A DNA stretch of 32,000 nucleotides. Origin: Micrococcus luteus NCTC 2665. GTDB taxonomy: Bacteria; Actinomycetota; Actinomycetes; Actinomycetales; Micrococcaceae. The number at the start of each line of letters is the position of its first letter. Within the stretch, counting starts at the first letter, position 1. Positions 17,565 through 26,093 of this stretch are shown here, piece after piece. Made by a program: the position numbers and the translations under genes. The notes beneath the pieces are model-generated. The model was given only the letters and a program-made list of their open reading frames with translations. It was not told the origin of the DNA and searched no databases. Location of the stretch: positions 1,710,001 through 1,742,000 of the forward strand of contig NC_012803.1 of the NCBI RefSeq assembly GCF_000023205.1, read 5' to 3'.

Positions 17565-17664
17565 CCCGAGACGGTGGCACTCCCTGTGTTCTGCACCACG
17601 ACGGGGGTCACCGGCACCGCCACGGATGGCCTACCGACCGGGCGACGGGCAGGACGGCCTGCGC

Positions 17665-17670
17665 TAGCGT
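17665..17670 (+). promoter_or_regulatory. -10 hexamer TAGCGT for the leaderless DAACS transporter gene
   Basis: TAGCGT gtcggcc ATG(17678). Confidence 0.4.
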
Positions 17671-17677
17671 GTCGGCC

Positions 17678-18979
17678 ATGTCTCGCTCCCACTCCGACGC
17701 CCTCGACGCGTCCGGCACCGACTCCGGGGGCGCCGTCGCCGCGCCCCGCCGCCGCGTCGGCCTGCTGCCCCGCATCCTCGTCGCGATCGTGGCCGGCGTC
17801 CTCGTCGGCCTGGTCGCGCCGACCTGGCTCGTGCAGGCCTTCGCCACCTTCAACGGGCTGTTCTCGAACTTCCTGGGCTTCATCGTCCCGGTGCTGATCC
17901 TGGCGCTCGTCGCGCCCGCCATCGGCGACATCGGCCGGGGCGCGGGGAAGCTGCTGGCCCTGACCGGCGGCATCGCCTACGGCTCCACCCTGCTCGGCGG
18001 CTTCGGCGCCCTGCTGGTCTGCCTGCTCGTCTTCCCGCTGATCCTCACGCCCGGGTCCTTCGAGGCGATGGCCAACCCCGAGGACGCGCTGCTCGGCCCG
18101 CTGTTCGAGGTGCAGATGGACCCGCCCTTCGGCGTGATGACGGCCCTGCTGCTCGCGTTCGTGCTCGGCATCGGCCTGACGATGCTGCCGCGCGGCGCCC
18201 TCCACGAGAGCTTCGACCAGCTGCGATCGATCATCGAGCGGGTCGTCATGGGCCTGATCGTGCCGCTGCTGCCCGTCTACATCTTCGGCGTGTTCCTGAA
18301 CATGACCGCCGCCGGCGAGGTCTTCAAGGTCATCACCACGTTCCTCGGCGTGATCCTGCTGGTCTTCGGCCTCACCGTGGTGCTGCTGCTCGTCCAGTAC
18401 GTCGTCGCGGGCGCGATCGCGGGGCGCAACCCGTTCACGGCCCTGAAGACGATGCTGCCGGCCTACGCGACGGCCCTGGGCACCTCGTCCTCGGCGGCGA
18501 CCATCCCGGTGACCCTGCGCCAGACCCTGCTGCTCGGCGTGCGCCGGCCGATCGCCTCGTTCGTCATCCCGCTGTGCGCGACGATCCACCTGGCCGGCTC
18601 CACGGTGAAGATCGTCTCGTTCTCCATCGCGGTGCTGTTCCTCTCGGGCCAGTCGATCGACGTCCCGGTGTTCGTGGGCTTCATCTTCATGCTGGGCGTC
18701 ACCATGGTCGCGGCGCCCGGCGTGCCCGGCGGCGCAATCGTGGCGGCCTCGGGCCTGCTGTCCTCGATGCTCGGCTTCACCGAGCCGCAGGTCGCGCTCA
18801 TGGTCGCCACATACATCGCCATCGACTCCTTCGGCACCGCCACCAACGTGACCGGCGACGCCGCCATCGCGATGATCGTCGACAAGATCGCCGGAGACCG
18901 TCTCATCGAGGACTCCGAGGACGAGGGCCTGGAGCGCCGCGACGACGAGGAGGCCGCCACCGGCGCCGACGCCGGCTGA
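17678..18979 (+). CDS. Dicarboxylate/amino acid:cation symporter (DAACS/SLC1 family)
   Basis: 433 aa. AYATALGTSSSAATIPVTL and APGVPGGAIVAASGLL...IAIDSFGTATNVTGDAAIAMIV are the DAACS reentrant-loop and TM8 signatures. Confidence 0.85.
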   Translation: MSRSHSDALDASGTDSGGAVAAPRRRVGLLPRILVAIVAGVLVGLVAPTWLVQAFATFNGLFSNFLGFIVPVLILALVAPAIGDIGRGAGKLLALTGGIAYGSTLLGGFGALLVCLLVFPLILTPGSFEAMANPEDALLGPLFEVQMDPPFGVMTALLLAFVLGIGLTMLPRGALHESFDQLRSIIERVVMGLIVPLLPVYIFGVFLNMTAAGEVFKVITTFLGVILLVFGLTVVLLLVQYVVAGAIAGRNPFTALKTMLPAYATALGTSSSAATIPVTLRQTLLLGVRRPIASFVIPLCATIHLAGSTVKIVSFSIAVLFLSGQSIDVPVFVGFIFMLGVTMVAAPGVPGGAIVAASGLLSSMLGFTEPQVALMVATYIAIDSFGTATNVTGDAAIAMIVDKIAGDRLIEDSEDEGLERRDDEEAATGADAG

Positions 18980-18997
18980 CCCGCCCCGCACACACCA

Positions 18998-19034
18998 CGG
19001 CCCCCTCCCTGACAGAAGCTCCGGGAGGGGGCCG
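18998..19034. terminator. Hairpin between convergent transporter genes (candidate bidirectional terminator)
   Basis: cggccccctccc / 13-nt loop / gggagggggccg, a 12-bp perfect stem. Confidence 0.5.
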
Positions 19035-19052
19035 TCGTCGGGACGGGCGGTG

Positions 19053-20534
19053 TCAGCCGCGCAGGTCCCGCTCGGCCTCGGCGCGCACCGCGCGCCGCTG
19101 CCCCGGGGAGCGCACGACGACGTCGCTCATCTCCTCGAGCGTCTTGCCCTTGGTCTCGGGGACGAAGGCCGCCACGAAGGCCAGGGACAGCGCCGCCATG
19201 ACCGCGTACAGACCGTAGGCGAGGGTCAGGCCGATGTCCGCCAACCACGGGAACGTGGTGGAGACGGTGAAGTTCGCCGCCCACTGCGCGGCGGCGGCCA
19301 CGGCGAGCGCGCCGGCGCGGATGCGGTTCGGGAACATCTCGCCCAGCAGCACCCAGACCAGCGGACCCCAGGTGGCGCCGAAGAACACCACGAAGGCGTT
19401 CGCGGCCACCAGCGCCACCGTGGACCACGGCTGCGGCAGGGACACGGACTCGGCGCCGCCGGTCTCCGCGAAGGAGAAGGCCAGTGCCATCAGGCCGAGG
19501 CTGACCGCCATGCCGGCGGAGCCGGCGATCAGCATGGGGCGACGGCCGACGCGGTCCACCAGGGCGATCGCGATGAAGGTGACGGCGATGTTCGTGACCG
19601 AGGTGATCACGGTGACCGTGAGGGCGTCCGACTCCCCGAAGCCCACCGAGCGCCACAGGGTGGTGGAGTAGTAGAAGATCACGTTGATGCCCACGGCCTG
19701 CTGGAAGACGGAGAGCAGGATGCCGATCCACACGATCGGCTGCAGGCCCGCCGCCGGTCCGCGCAGGTCCGCCAATGACTCGCGGTGCTCCGAGTCCAGC
19801 GAGCGCCGGATGTCCTCGATCATCAGGTTCACCCGGTCCACGCCGGTGAACTCGTGCAGGACCTCGGCCGCCTCGTCCGTGCGACCACGGGCGACCAGGT
19901 AGCGCGGGGACTCCGGCAACTTCAGGGCGAACAGGCCGTACAGCACCGCCGGGACGGCCTCGGCCATGAACATCCAGCGCCAGGCGTCGACACCGAGCCA
20001 GAACGGCTGCGCCGCTCCCCCGGCCATCGTCGCGAAGAGCGCGTCCGTGAGCAGCGCGGCGAAGATGCCGAGGACGATCGCCAGCTGCTGGAGCGAGCCG
20101 AGGCGACCGCGCACATGGGCCGGGCTGACCTCCGCGATGTACGCCGGAGCGATCACGGACGCGGCGCCCACGCCCAGGCCGCCGACCATGCGCCAGAAGA
20201 TCAGGTCGACGACGCCGAACGCCAGACCCGAGCCGATGGCGGAGACCAGGAACAGGATCGCGGCGATCACCATCACGGGCACGCGGCCGCGACGGTTGGC
20301 GATCGGCCCGGCGAACCAGGCGCCGAGTGCGCAGCCGATCAGCGCCGAGGAGACGGCGAAGCCCGTGAGACCGGCACCGAGGCCGAACTCCCCGGCGAGG
20401 GCGTCCACGGCGCCGTTGATGACGGAGGTGTCGAAGCCGAACAGGAAGCCGCCGAGCGCGGCGGCGACCGAGATGCCGACCACCTTGGCGTTGAGGCGAG
20501 ACGTCGCGGCGCCGCCGGACCGGGTCGCTGTCAT
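19053..20534 (-). CDS. MFS sugar porter family transporter (sugar:H+ symporter)
   Basis: AALGGFLFGFDTSVINGA...GPIANRRGR...GRMVGGLGVGAASVIAPAYIAEVSPAHVRGRLGSLQQL...LVDRVGRRP...PETKGKTLEE are classic sugar-porter motifs. ATG 20534 gives 493 aa. Confidence 0.9.
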   Translation of the reverse strand: MTATRSGGAATSRLNAKVVGISVAAALGGFLFGFDTSVINGAVDALAGEFGLGAGLTGFAVSSALIGCALGAWFAGPIANRRGRVPVMVIAAILFLVSAIGSGLAFGVVDLIFWRMVGGLGVGAASVIAPAYIAEVSPAHVRGRLGSLQQLAIVLGIFAALLTDALFATMAGGAAQPFWLGVDAWRWMFMAEAVPAVLYGLFALKLPESPRYLVARGRTDEAAEVLHEFTGVDRVNLMIEDIRRSLDSEHRESLADLRGPAAGLQPIVWIGILLSVFQQAVGINVIFYYSTTLWRSVGFGESDALTVTVITSVTNIAVTFIAIALVDRVGRRPMLIAGSAGMAVSLGLMALAFSFAETGGAESVSLPQPWSTVALVAANAFVVFFGATWGPLVWVLLGEMFPNRIRAGALAVAAAAQWAANFTVSTTFPWLADIGLTLAYGLYAVMAALSLAFVAAFVPETKGKTLEEMSDVVVRSPGQRRAVRAEAERDLRG

Positions 20535-20677
20535 GGTGGGTCCTCTCTGGGTGGCGCCCGACGGCCCGCTGCGCGCCGGTGCGTCCGCACAGTGTGTTCT
20601 GCGCCTGGGGAGCGTGCAAGTCGCACAGCCCCTCGCGCCGCCCACGGCGAGGCGACGGGGGGTCAGGAGGGGGAACC

Positions 20678-20767
20678 GTGGTCGCCGTGGTCGCGACCGT
20701 GCCCGGGCCCACGCCGGGCAGACGCCGGACGCGCCTCGGGTCACGGCCCGGCCACGGGGCAGAATGA
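20678..20767 (+). other. Candidate 29-codon upstream ORF ending in an ATGA overlap with the upstream ATG (20764) of the PolA-like gene
   Basis: AGGAGG (20665-20670), then 7 nt, then GTG 20678: VVAVVATVPGPTPGRRRTRLGSRPGHGAE, with TGA at 20765-20767. Contains several non-preferred codons (AGA, TCA, GCA, GAA). Confidence 0.2.
20760..20765 (+). promoter_or_regulatory. -10-like CAGAAT compatible with a leaderless start at ATG 20773
   Basis: CAGAAT gagggcc ATG(20773). This is the alternative to the uORF-coupled ATG 20764 model. Confidence 0.3.
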
Positions 20768-22509
20768 GGGCCATGTTCGTCGTCCTGGGCCCCGCCCCCG
20801 CCTCCGTCGGCAGCCCCGGCACCTGGTGGGCCGTGGACGGGGACGCCGCCACTCCCCTGGGCTCCTGCCCCGCCGGGTCCGTGGCGGGACTCGTGGCCGG
20901 TCTGCCCGCCCGCCTGGGCGTGGACCCGGGCACGGTCCGCTGGGTGCTCGCCGACGTCGGGACGGAGTACACCGCCTGGCTGGCGGCGGGGGTGCGGGTG
21001 GATCGGTGCTGGGACCTGGCCCTCGTCCAGCGGATCCTGCGGCACGCGGCGACGGCGCCGGGCAGCGGGGTGCGTTACACGCCCGTGGCGCAGCTCGAGG
21101 TCGCCGACCCGACGGAGCCCGAGCGCCCCGCGCGGGTGCCCGCCGGTCAGGAGTCCTTCTTCGACCTGCCGGACGAGGCCGGCGCCACCCCGGACGTCAC
21201 CGTGCTCGCGGCCGAGCTGGCCGCGCAGCGGGCGGCCGTCGAGGGCTCGGCCCACCCGCACCGGCTGCGGCTGCTCGCGGCGGCGGAGTCGCAGGGCGCA
21301 CTCGTGGCCGCGGAGATCCGGGCGGCGGGTCTGCCGTGGGACCGGGGCGTGCACGAGGCGCTCCTCGCCGAGCAGCTCGGCCCCCGGCCTGCACCGGGCG
21401 AGCGTCCGGCCCGCCTGCAGGCCCTGGCCGAACGCATCGCCGACGTCCTGGGCTCCCCCGGGCTGAGCCCCGACTCGCAGCCGAGCCTGCTGCGGGCGCT
21501 GCAGACGGCGGGCGTGGCCGTGGAGTCCACGCGGCAGTGGGACCTGAAGCACTGGATCGACGCCGGCGGCGCGGAACGCGAGGCGCGGGCCGCGCTGCTC
21601 GCGCCGCTGCTGGAGTACAAGGCCCTGGCCCGGCTGTGGACGGCCAACGGCTGGCACTGGCTGGACCAGTGGATCGGCGACGACGGCCGGTTCCACGCCG
21701 CCTACCTGGTCGGCGGCGTGGTGACCGGGCGGTGGGCCGCCCACGGCGGTGGGGCCATGCAGGTCCCGGCCGGGGTGCGCGACGCCGTCCGCGCAGACCC
21801 CGGGTGGACGCTGACCGTGGCCGACGCCTCCCAGGTGGAGCCGCGCATCCTCGCCGCGATGGCCGCCGACGAGGTGCTGGCCCGTGCCGGGACCACGCCC
21901 GACCTGTACCGGGAGGTGGCGGAGCAGGGCCGGGCGGCCGGCACCGCGCTGGCCGACCGCGGGCGCGCGAAGATCGCCCTGCTGGGTGCGATGTACGGCT
22001 CGACGACGGGCGACTCCGCGGCGCTCATGCCGCACCTGCGCCGGCTCTACCCCCGAGCGATCGGCCTGCTCGAGCGGGCGGCCACCGTCGGCGAGGGCGG
22101 CGGCCAGGTGTCCACGTGGCTGGGCCGCTGGTCCCCCGCACCGGGGCGGAAGTGGCAGGAGTCCGTGTCCGACGTCGGCACCCAGGCCGCCGAGTCCGCG
22201 GCCCGGCGACGGCGGCGCTCCCAGGGCCGCTTCACCCGGAACTTCGTGGTGCAGGGCACCGCGGCCGAGTGGGCGCTGTGCTGGATGGGCGAGATCCGCC
22301 GTCGACTGCGGTCGGCCGGCATGCGCACGGAACTCGTGTTCTTCGTCCACGACGAGGTCGTCCTACACGGGCCGACCACGGAGGCCGAGGCCGTGCGGAC
22401 GGTCGTGGCGGAGTCCGCGAGCGCCGCCGGTCGCCTGCTGTTCGGTCCCGCCCCCGTGGACTTCCCTCTCACCGTCTCCAGCGTGGGGTCGTACGCGGAC
22501 GCGAAGTGA
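20764..22509 (+). CDS. Family-A (Pol I-like) DNA polymerase paralogue lacking a 5'-3' exonuclease domain. The N-terminal 3'-5' exonuclease-like region appears degenerate.
   Basis: VVTGRWAAHGGGAMQVP; VADASQVEPRIL (motif A); RGRAKIALLGAMYG (motif B); NFVVQGTAAEW; FFVHDEVVL (motif C). About 580 aa. Start is ATG 20764 or ATG 20773. Confidence 0.85.
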   Translation: MRAMFVVLGPAPASVGSPGTWWAVDGDAATPLGSCPAGSVAGLVAGLPARLGVDPGTVRWVLADVGTEYTAWLAAGVRVDRCWDLALVQRILRHAATAPGSGVRYTPVAQLEVADPTEPERPARVPAGQESFFDLPDEAGATPDVTVLAAELAAQRAAVEGSAHPHRLRLLAAAESQGALVAAEIRAAGLPWDRGVHEALLAEQLGPRPAPGERPARLQALAERIADVLGSPGLSPDSQPSLLRALQTAGVAVESTRQWDLKHWIDAGGAEREARAALLAPLLEYKALARLWTANGWHWLDQWIGDDGRFHAAYLVGGVVTGRWAAHGGGAMQVPAGVRDAVRADPGWTLTVADASQVEPRILAAMAADEVLARAGTTPDLYREVAEQGRAAGTALADRGRAKIALLGAMYGSTTGDSAALMPHLRRLYPRAIGLLERAATVGEGGGQVSTWLGRWSPAPGRKWQESVSDVGTQAAESAARRRRRSQGRFTRNFVVQGTAAEWALCWMGEIRRRLRSAGMRTELVFFVHDEVVLHGPTTEAEAVRTVVAESASAAGRLLFGPAPVDFPLTVSSVGSYADAK

Positions 22510-22642
22510 GGGGCAGCAGCGCGTCGGTCGCGCTCATGGCCTCCGTGCGCCGCACCGGGCCGAGGACCCTGGGACCTGGCACGATGCGGGACGAGGGCCG
22601 ATCCTGGAGAGCGCCCGAGATACCCCCCGAGGAGGAGGCCGC

Positions 22643-24088
22643 ATGCCCGTCGCCCCGCGTCCGTCCGACGGCGCCGCGTCCTCGGCCTTCACCCCGCACC
22701 AGCAGCGCATCCTCGCGGTGCTCCTCATCCCGATCTTCATGTCCCTGCTGGCCGTGTCCAGCATCAACGTGGCCCTGCCCGCCCTGCAGCGGGGCCTGGA
22801 CGCCAGCGACACGGAGCTGCAGTGGGCCATCTCCGGCTACACCCTCGTGTTCGGCATGGTGCTCGTGCCGGCGGGCCGGGCGGGTGACCTCTTCGGACGA
22901 CGCCGACTGTTCATGGTGGGCCTCGGCGTGTTCGCGCTCGGTGCGCTCCTGTCCGGACTGGCGCCCACGGGCGTCCTGCTCGTGCTCGCGCGCCTGGTCA
23001 TGGGCGTGGGCGCGGGCCTGCTCAACCCGCAGGTCACCGGCTTCATCCAGGGCGAGTTCTCCGGCGCCTCCCGCGCCCGGGCGTTCGGGGCGCTCGGCGC
23101 CGTCGTCGGGGTGTCCGTGGCGGTGGGGCCGCTGCTCAGCGGCGGGCTCATCGCGTGGCTCGGCGGTGACCTCGGCTGGCGCGCGACCTTCCTGGTGAAC
23201 GTGCCCATCGCCCTCGGCGCCCTCGTCGTGGCCCGCCACTGGCTGCCACGCACCGCCCCCGTGCGGGCGCGGCGTCAGGACCTGGACCCGGTCGGCGTCG
23301 TCCTGCTGGCGGGCGCCCTCGTGGCCGTCATGCTCCCGTTCCTGGACCGTGGGCTCGGGCCGTGGCGGTTCGCCCTCGTGCCCGTCGGCATCGGCCTGGC
23401 CGCCCTCTGGACGCGGTGGGAGGCCCGCTACGCCCGACGGGGCCGCGCCCCGATGGTGGACCTGCGCCTGTTCCAGACCCGCAGCTTCGCGTGCGGCGCC
23501 CTGCTGATCGCCATCTACTTCACCGGCTCGACCAGCATGTTCGTGGTGATCGCCATGTTCATGCAGAACGGGTTGGGCTACCCGGCGCTGCACGCCGCCC
23601 TGATCGGCCTGCCGTCGGCGGTCATGTCGAGCGTGATGGCCACCGTGGCCGGGCGCGTGGTGCTGCGCACGGGCCGGAAGATCGTCGTCCTCGGCATCAC
23701 GCTGGCACTGCTCGCCGTCGTCGGCTCCATCGGGGTGGCGTGGGCCAACCGGGAGTTCGGACTGAGCCCGTGGTGGCTGCTGCTCACCCTCGCCATCCTG
23801 GGTGCCGGGCAGGGGCTGGTGGTCTCCCCCAACCAGACCCTCAGCCTGGCCGAGGTCCCCCCGCGGCACTCCGGCACGGCCGGCGGCGTCCTGCAGACCG
23901 GCCAGCGCGTCGGCACGGCCGTCGGCACCGCCGTGATCGTGGGGGTGTTCCTGGGCGTCGCCTCCAGTGCCGACTGGGACGGGGCGTTCATGGCCGCCTT
24001 CGCGCTGGTGGCCGGGTGCATGGCCCTCGCGCTCCTCGTCGCACTCGCGGACCTGCGCGGACCACGGACGGCGGCCCCCCGTGGCTGA
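22643..24088 (+). CDS. MFS transporter, DHA2 (EmrB/QacA-like, 14-TMS) drug:H+ antiporter family
   Basis: FMSLLAVSSINVALPALQRGLDASDTELQWAISGYTLVFGMVLVPAGRAGDLFGRRRLF...LARLVMGVGAGLLNPQ. GAGGAGGAGG SD lies upstream of ATG 22643; 481 aa. Confidence 0.88.
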   Translation: MPVAPRPSDGAASSAFTPHQQRILAVLLIPIFMSLLAVSSINVALPALQRGLDASDTELQWAISGYTLVFGMVLVPAGRAGDLFGRRRLFMVGLGVFALGALLSGLAPTGVLLVLARLVMGVGAGLLNPQVTGFIQGEFSGASRARAFGALGAVVGVSVAVGPLLSGGLIAWLGGDLGWRATFLVNVPIALGALVVARHWLPRTAPVRARRQDLDPVGVVLLAGALVAVMLPFLDRGLGPWRFALVPVGIGLAALWTRWEARYARRGRAPMVDLRLFQTRSFACGALLIAIYFTGSTSMFVVIAMFMQNGLGYPALHAALIGLPSAVMSSVMATVAGRVVLRTGRKIVVLGITLALLAVVGSIGVAWANREFGLSPWWLLLTLAILGAGQGLVVSPNQTLSLAEVPPRHSGTAGGVLQTGQRVGTAVGTAVIVGVFLGVASSADWDGAFMAAFALVAGCMALALLVALADLRGPRTAAPRG

Positions 24089-24536
24089 GCCCCGCCCCGG
24101 CGACGTGCGCGTCACCCCCGGCCCCGGCGCACCCCGCGGGCTGGTCATCCCCGAGGGCGAACTCGTCGAGCGCTTCTCCCACGCCTCCGGCCCGGGCGGT
24201 CAGGGCGTGAACACGGCGGACTCGCGGGTCCAGCTCAGCCTGGACCTGGCGGCCACCTCCGCCCTCGACGACGTCCAGCGCGCCCGGGTCCTCGCGCGGC
24301 TGGCGCCCCGGCTGGCCGGCACGGTGCTCACCGTCAGCGTGGCGGAGCACCGGGCCCAGCGGCGCAACCGGGTGGCCGCCCGCGAGCGGCTCGCGGCGCT
24401 GCTGCGCGAGGCCCTCGCCCCGCCGACGCCGCGGCGGGCCACGACGCCGACCCGCGGCTCCCGGCGGCGCCGTCTGGAGGCCAAAAGCCGTCGCTCCGAG
24501 GTGAAGCGCACGCGCCGCCGCCCGGGCCTCGACTGA
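24081..24536 (+). CDS. arfB: Alternative ribosome-rescue factor ArfB (peptidyl-tRNA hydrolase, RF-1 domain)
   Basis: IPEGELVERFSHASGPGGQGVNTADSRVQL (GGQ motif) plus a basic C-terminal tail RRATTPTRGSRRRRLEAKSRRSEVKRTRRRP. GTG 24081 overlaps the MFS stop by 8 nt. GTG 24105 is an alternative that gives a size closer to E. coli ArfB. Confidence 0.85.
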   Translation: MAEPRPGDVRVTPGPGAPRGLVIPEGELVERFSHASGPGGQGVNTADSRVQLSLDLAATSALDDVQRARVLARLAPRLAGTVLTVSVAEHRAQRRNRVAARERLAALLREALAPPTPRRATTPTRGSRRRRLEAKSRRSEVKRTRRRPGLD

Positions 24537-24556
24537 GGCCGCCCGCAGGCGGCGGC

Positions 24557-26023
24557 TCAGTCCCGCGCGGTCACCCCACCGCCGGCGGCCGAGCGGTGAC
24601 CCCAGGCGTCGCCACGCCGGGCGAGGTAGTCCTCTTCGGGCCAGCTGCTCACCCCGGACACGCGCATCCTCACCACCCGGCCGTCGTCGCCGAGGTCGAA
24701 CGGGATGCGCTCCCCCGACGCGCCGAAGCCGTCCTCGTCCTCGGGCAGGAACGTGGTGGCGTCGAGCGCTCGCAGCTCGTGCATCCTGTCGCGGGGGCCG
24801 GGCGTGCCGGGGTCGATCAGCACGAGGCGCTCACCTGCGCGAACCACGTCGGTCTCGCCCCACAGGGAGACGTAGCGGCCGGTCAGCCGGTCGAGGTCGT
24901 CGGTCGTGACATCGGCGGGCAGCGCCTGCCCGTCGGCGGCGTCCTGGGCGAGCAGGTCGATGAGCTCGACGAGGCCCACCGCGAGCGCGTCCGCCGGACC
25001 GTCCACGGCGTTGGTGAGCACGCTGACGGTCAGACCGGTGGCCGGGTCCACCAGGGTCCGGGTGATCTGCCCGGGGAAGCCGCCGGAGTGGCCCACGAGC
25101 CGTCGTCCGTCCACGCTGATCCCGATCAGGCCGAGCCCGTAGGTGCCGGTCCCGGTACCCCGCGGGAAGGCGGCCTCGGCCCGGTGCATCAGGCGCAGCG
25201 CGTGCTCGTCCAGCAGCTCGCGCCGATCCAGTGCGAGAGCGGAGAAGAAGCGGCTGAGCTCCTCCGCCGTGGAGACGAAGCCGGTGGCCGCGGCCAGCGC
25301 ACCGGTGGCGGTCGGTGCCACGGTCACCCGACGCCCGCGGCCGTGGGCCCGGGTGTGGCCGACGACGGCCCGGTCCGCCGCGTCGTCGTCAATCTCGGGG
25401 CGGGTGTCGGTGAGACCGAGCGGGACGAGGATGTCCTCCGTGACGTGCTCGGCGTAGCCGCGGCCCGTGACAGCCTCGATGATCGCCCCGAGCAGGCCGT
25501 ACCCGATGTTCGAGTACTTGAAGCGCTCCTGCGGGGCGTAGGTGGCGCCGTGGTCGCGGACGATCGCGCGCAGGGCGGCGGCGTCCGGGAAGGCGCCGTC
25601 GAGCTGCCAGTGGTCCGCGTCCACCCCGTCGCGGATCGCGCCGGAGGTGTGCGAGAGCAGCTCGCGGACGGTGACCCGGGCCAGCGGGGTGTCGGCGCAG
25701 TCCGGCAGGCGCTCGGCCACGGTGTCGTCGAGGCGCAGGCGGCCGGCGGCGACGAGGCGCAGCACCGCGACGGCCGTGAAGGTCTTGGAATGGCTGGCCA
25801 CGCGGAACAGGTGGCCGGTGGTGAGCTCCACCCGGGTGGACTCGTCGGCCACGCCGAACGCCGCCGAGAGTACGAGCTCGTCGCCGAGCCGCACGGCCAC
25901 CTGGGCGCCGGGCACGTGCCGCGTCTCCACCTGGGTGGCCAGCCACCGGGACAGGTACGGGGCCGCCTCCCGGAGGCGCGCGAGGGACGGGGCGGACGGC
26001 GGGGCGGGCGTGGCGTGGGTCAC
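24557..26023 (-). CDS. Serine hydrolase, beta-lactamase/transpeptidase fold (class C / DD-peptidase-like) with extra C-terminal domain
   Basis: LFRVASHSKTFTAVAVLRLVAAGRLRLDD (SxxK), YSNIGYGLLG (YxN), HSGGFPG. GTG 26023 has a TACAGT-8 nt leaderless context. ATG 26095 is an alternative start. Confidence 0.85.
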   Translation of the reverse strand: MTHATPAPPSAPSLARLREAAPYLSRWLATQVETRHVPGAQVAVRLGDELVLSAAFGVADESTRVELTTGHLFRVASHSKTFTAVAVLRLVAAGRLRLDDTVAERLPDCADTPLARVTVRELLSHTSGAIRDGVDADHWQLDGAFPDAAALRAIVRDHGATYAPQERFKYSNIGYGLLGAIIEAVTGRGYAEHVTEDILVPLGLTDTRPEIDDDAADRAVVGHTRAHGRGRRVTVAPTATGALAAATGFVSTAEELSRFFSALALDRRELLDEHALRLMHRAEAAFPRGTGTGTYGLGLIGISVDGRRLVGHSGGFPGQITRTLVDPATGLTVSVLTNAVDGPADALAVGLVELIDLLAQDAADGQALPADVTTDDLDRLTGRYVSLWGETDVVRAGERLVLIDPGTPGPRDRMHELRALDATTFLPEDEDGFGASGERIPFDLGDDGRVVRMRVSGVSSWPEEDYLARRGDAWGHRSAAGGGVTARD

Positions 26024-26031
26024 GAGAGGCC

Positions 26032-26037
26032 ACTGTA
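26032..26037 (-). promoter_or_regulatory. -10 hexamer TACAGT for the leaderless serine hydrolase gene
   Basis: The minus strand reads TACAGT ggcctctc GTG(26023). Confidence 0.4.
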
Positions 26038-26080
26038 CGACGCCGGCCCGCCGCCCATGGGCGCGCCCGGGGCGCGCGCC

Positions 26081-26086
26081 TAGGGT
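26081..26086 (+). promoter_or_regulatory. -10 hexamer TAGGGT for the leaderless nitrobindin gene
   Basis: TAGGGT gagggcc ATG(26094). Confidence 0.45.
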
Positions 26087-26093
26087 GAGGGCC

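Noticed and set aside
18463-22350. A 1295-aa minus-strand ORF spanning the DAACS 3' end, the sugar porter and the PolA-like gene. Its 1137-aa plus-strand counterpart is at 19785..23198.
   Set aside because: The translations are Arg/Gly/Pro/Ala-rich low-complexity sequence with no recognisable motifs. They overlap three to four genes that have clear family signatures in other frames or on the other strand. These are classic stop-poor shadow frames of high-GC DNA.
20764-24536. The PolA-like gene as part of a prophage or mobile element.
   Set aside because: There is no integrase, transposase, phage structural or replication-initiator gene, no tRNA or att-like direct repeats, and no visible shift in composition or codon usage.
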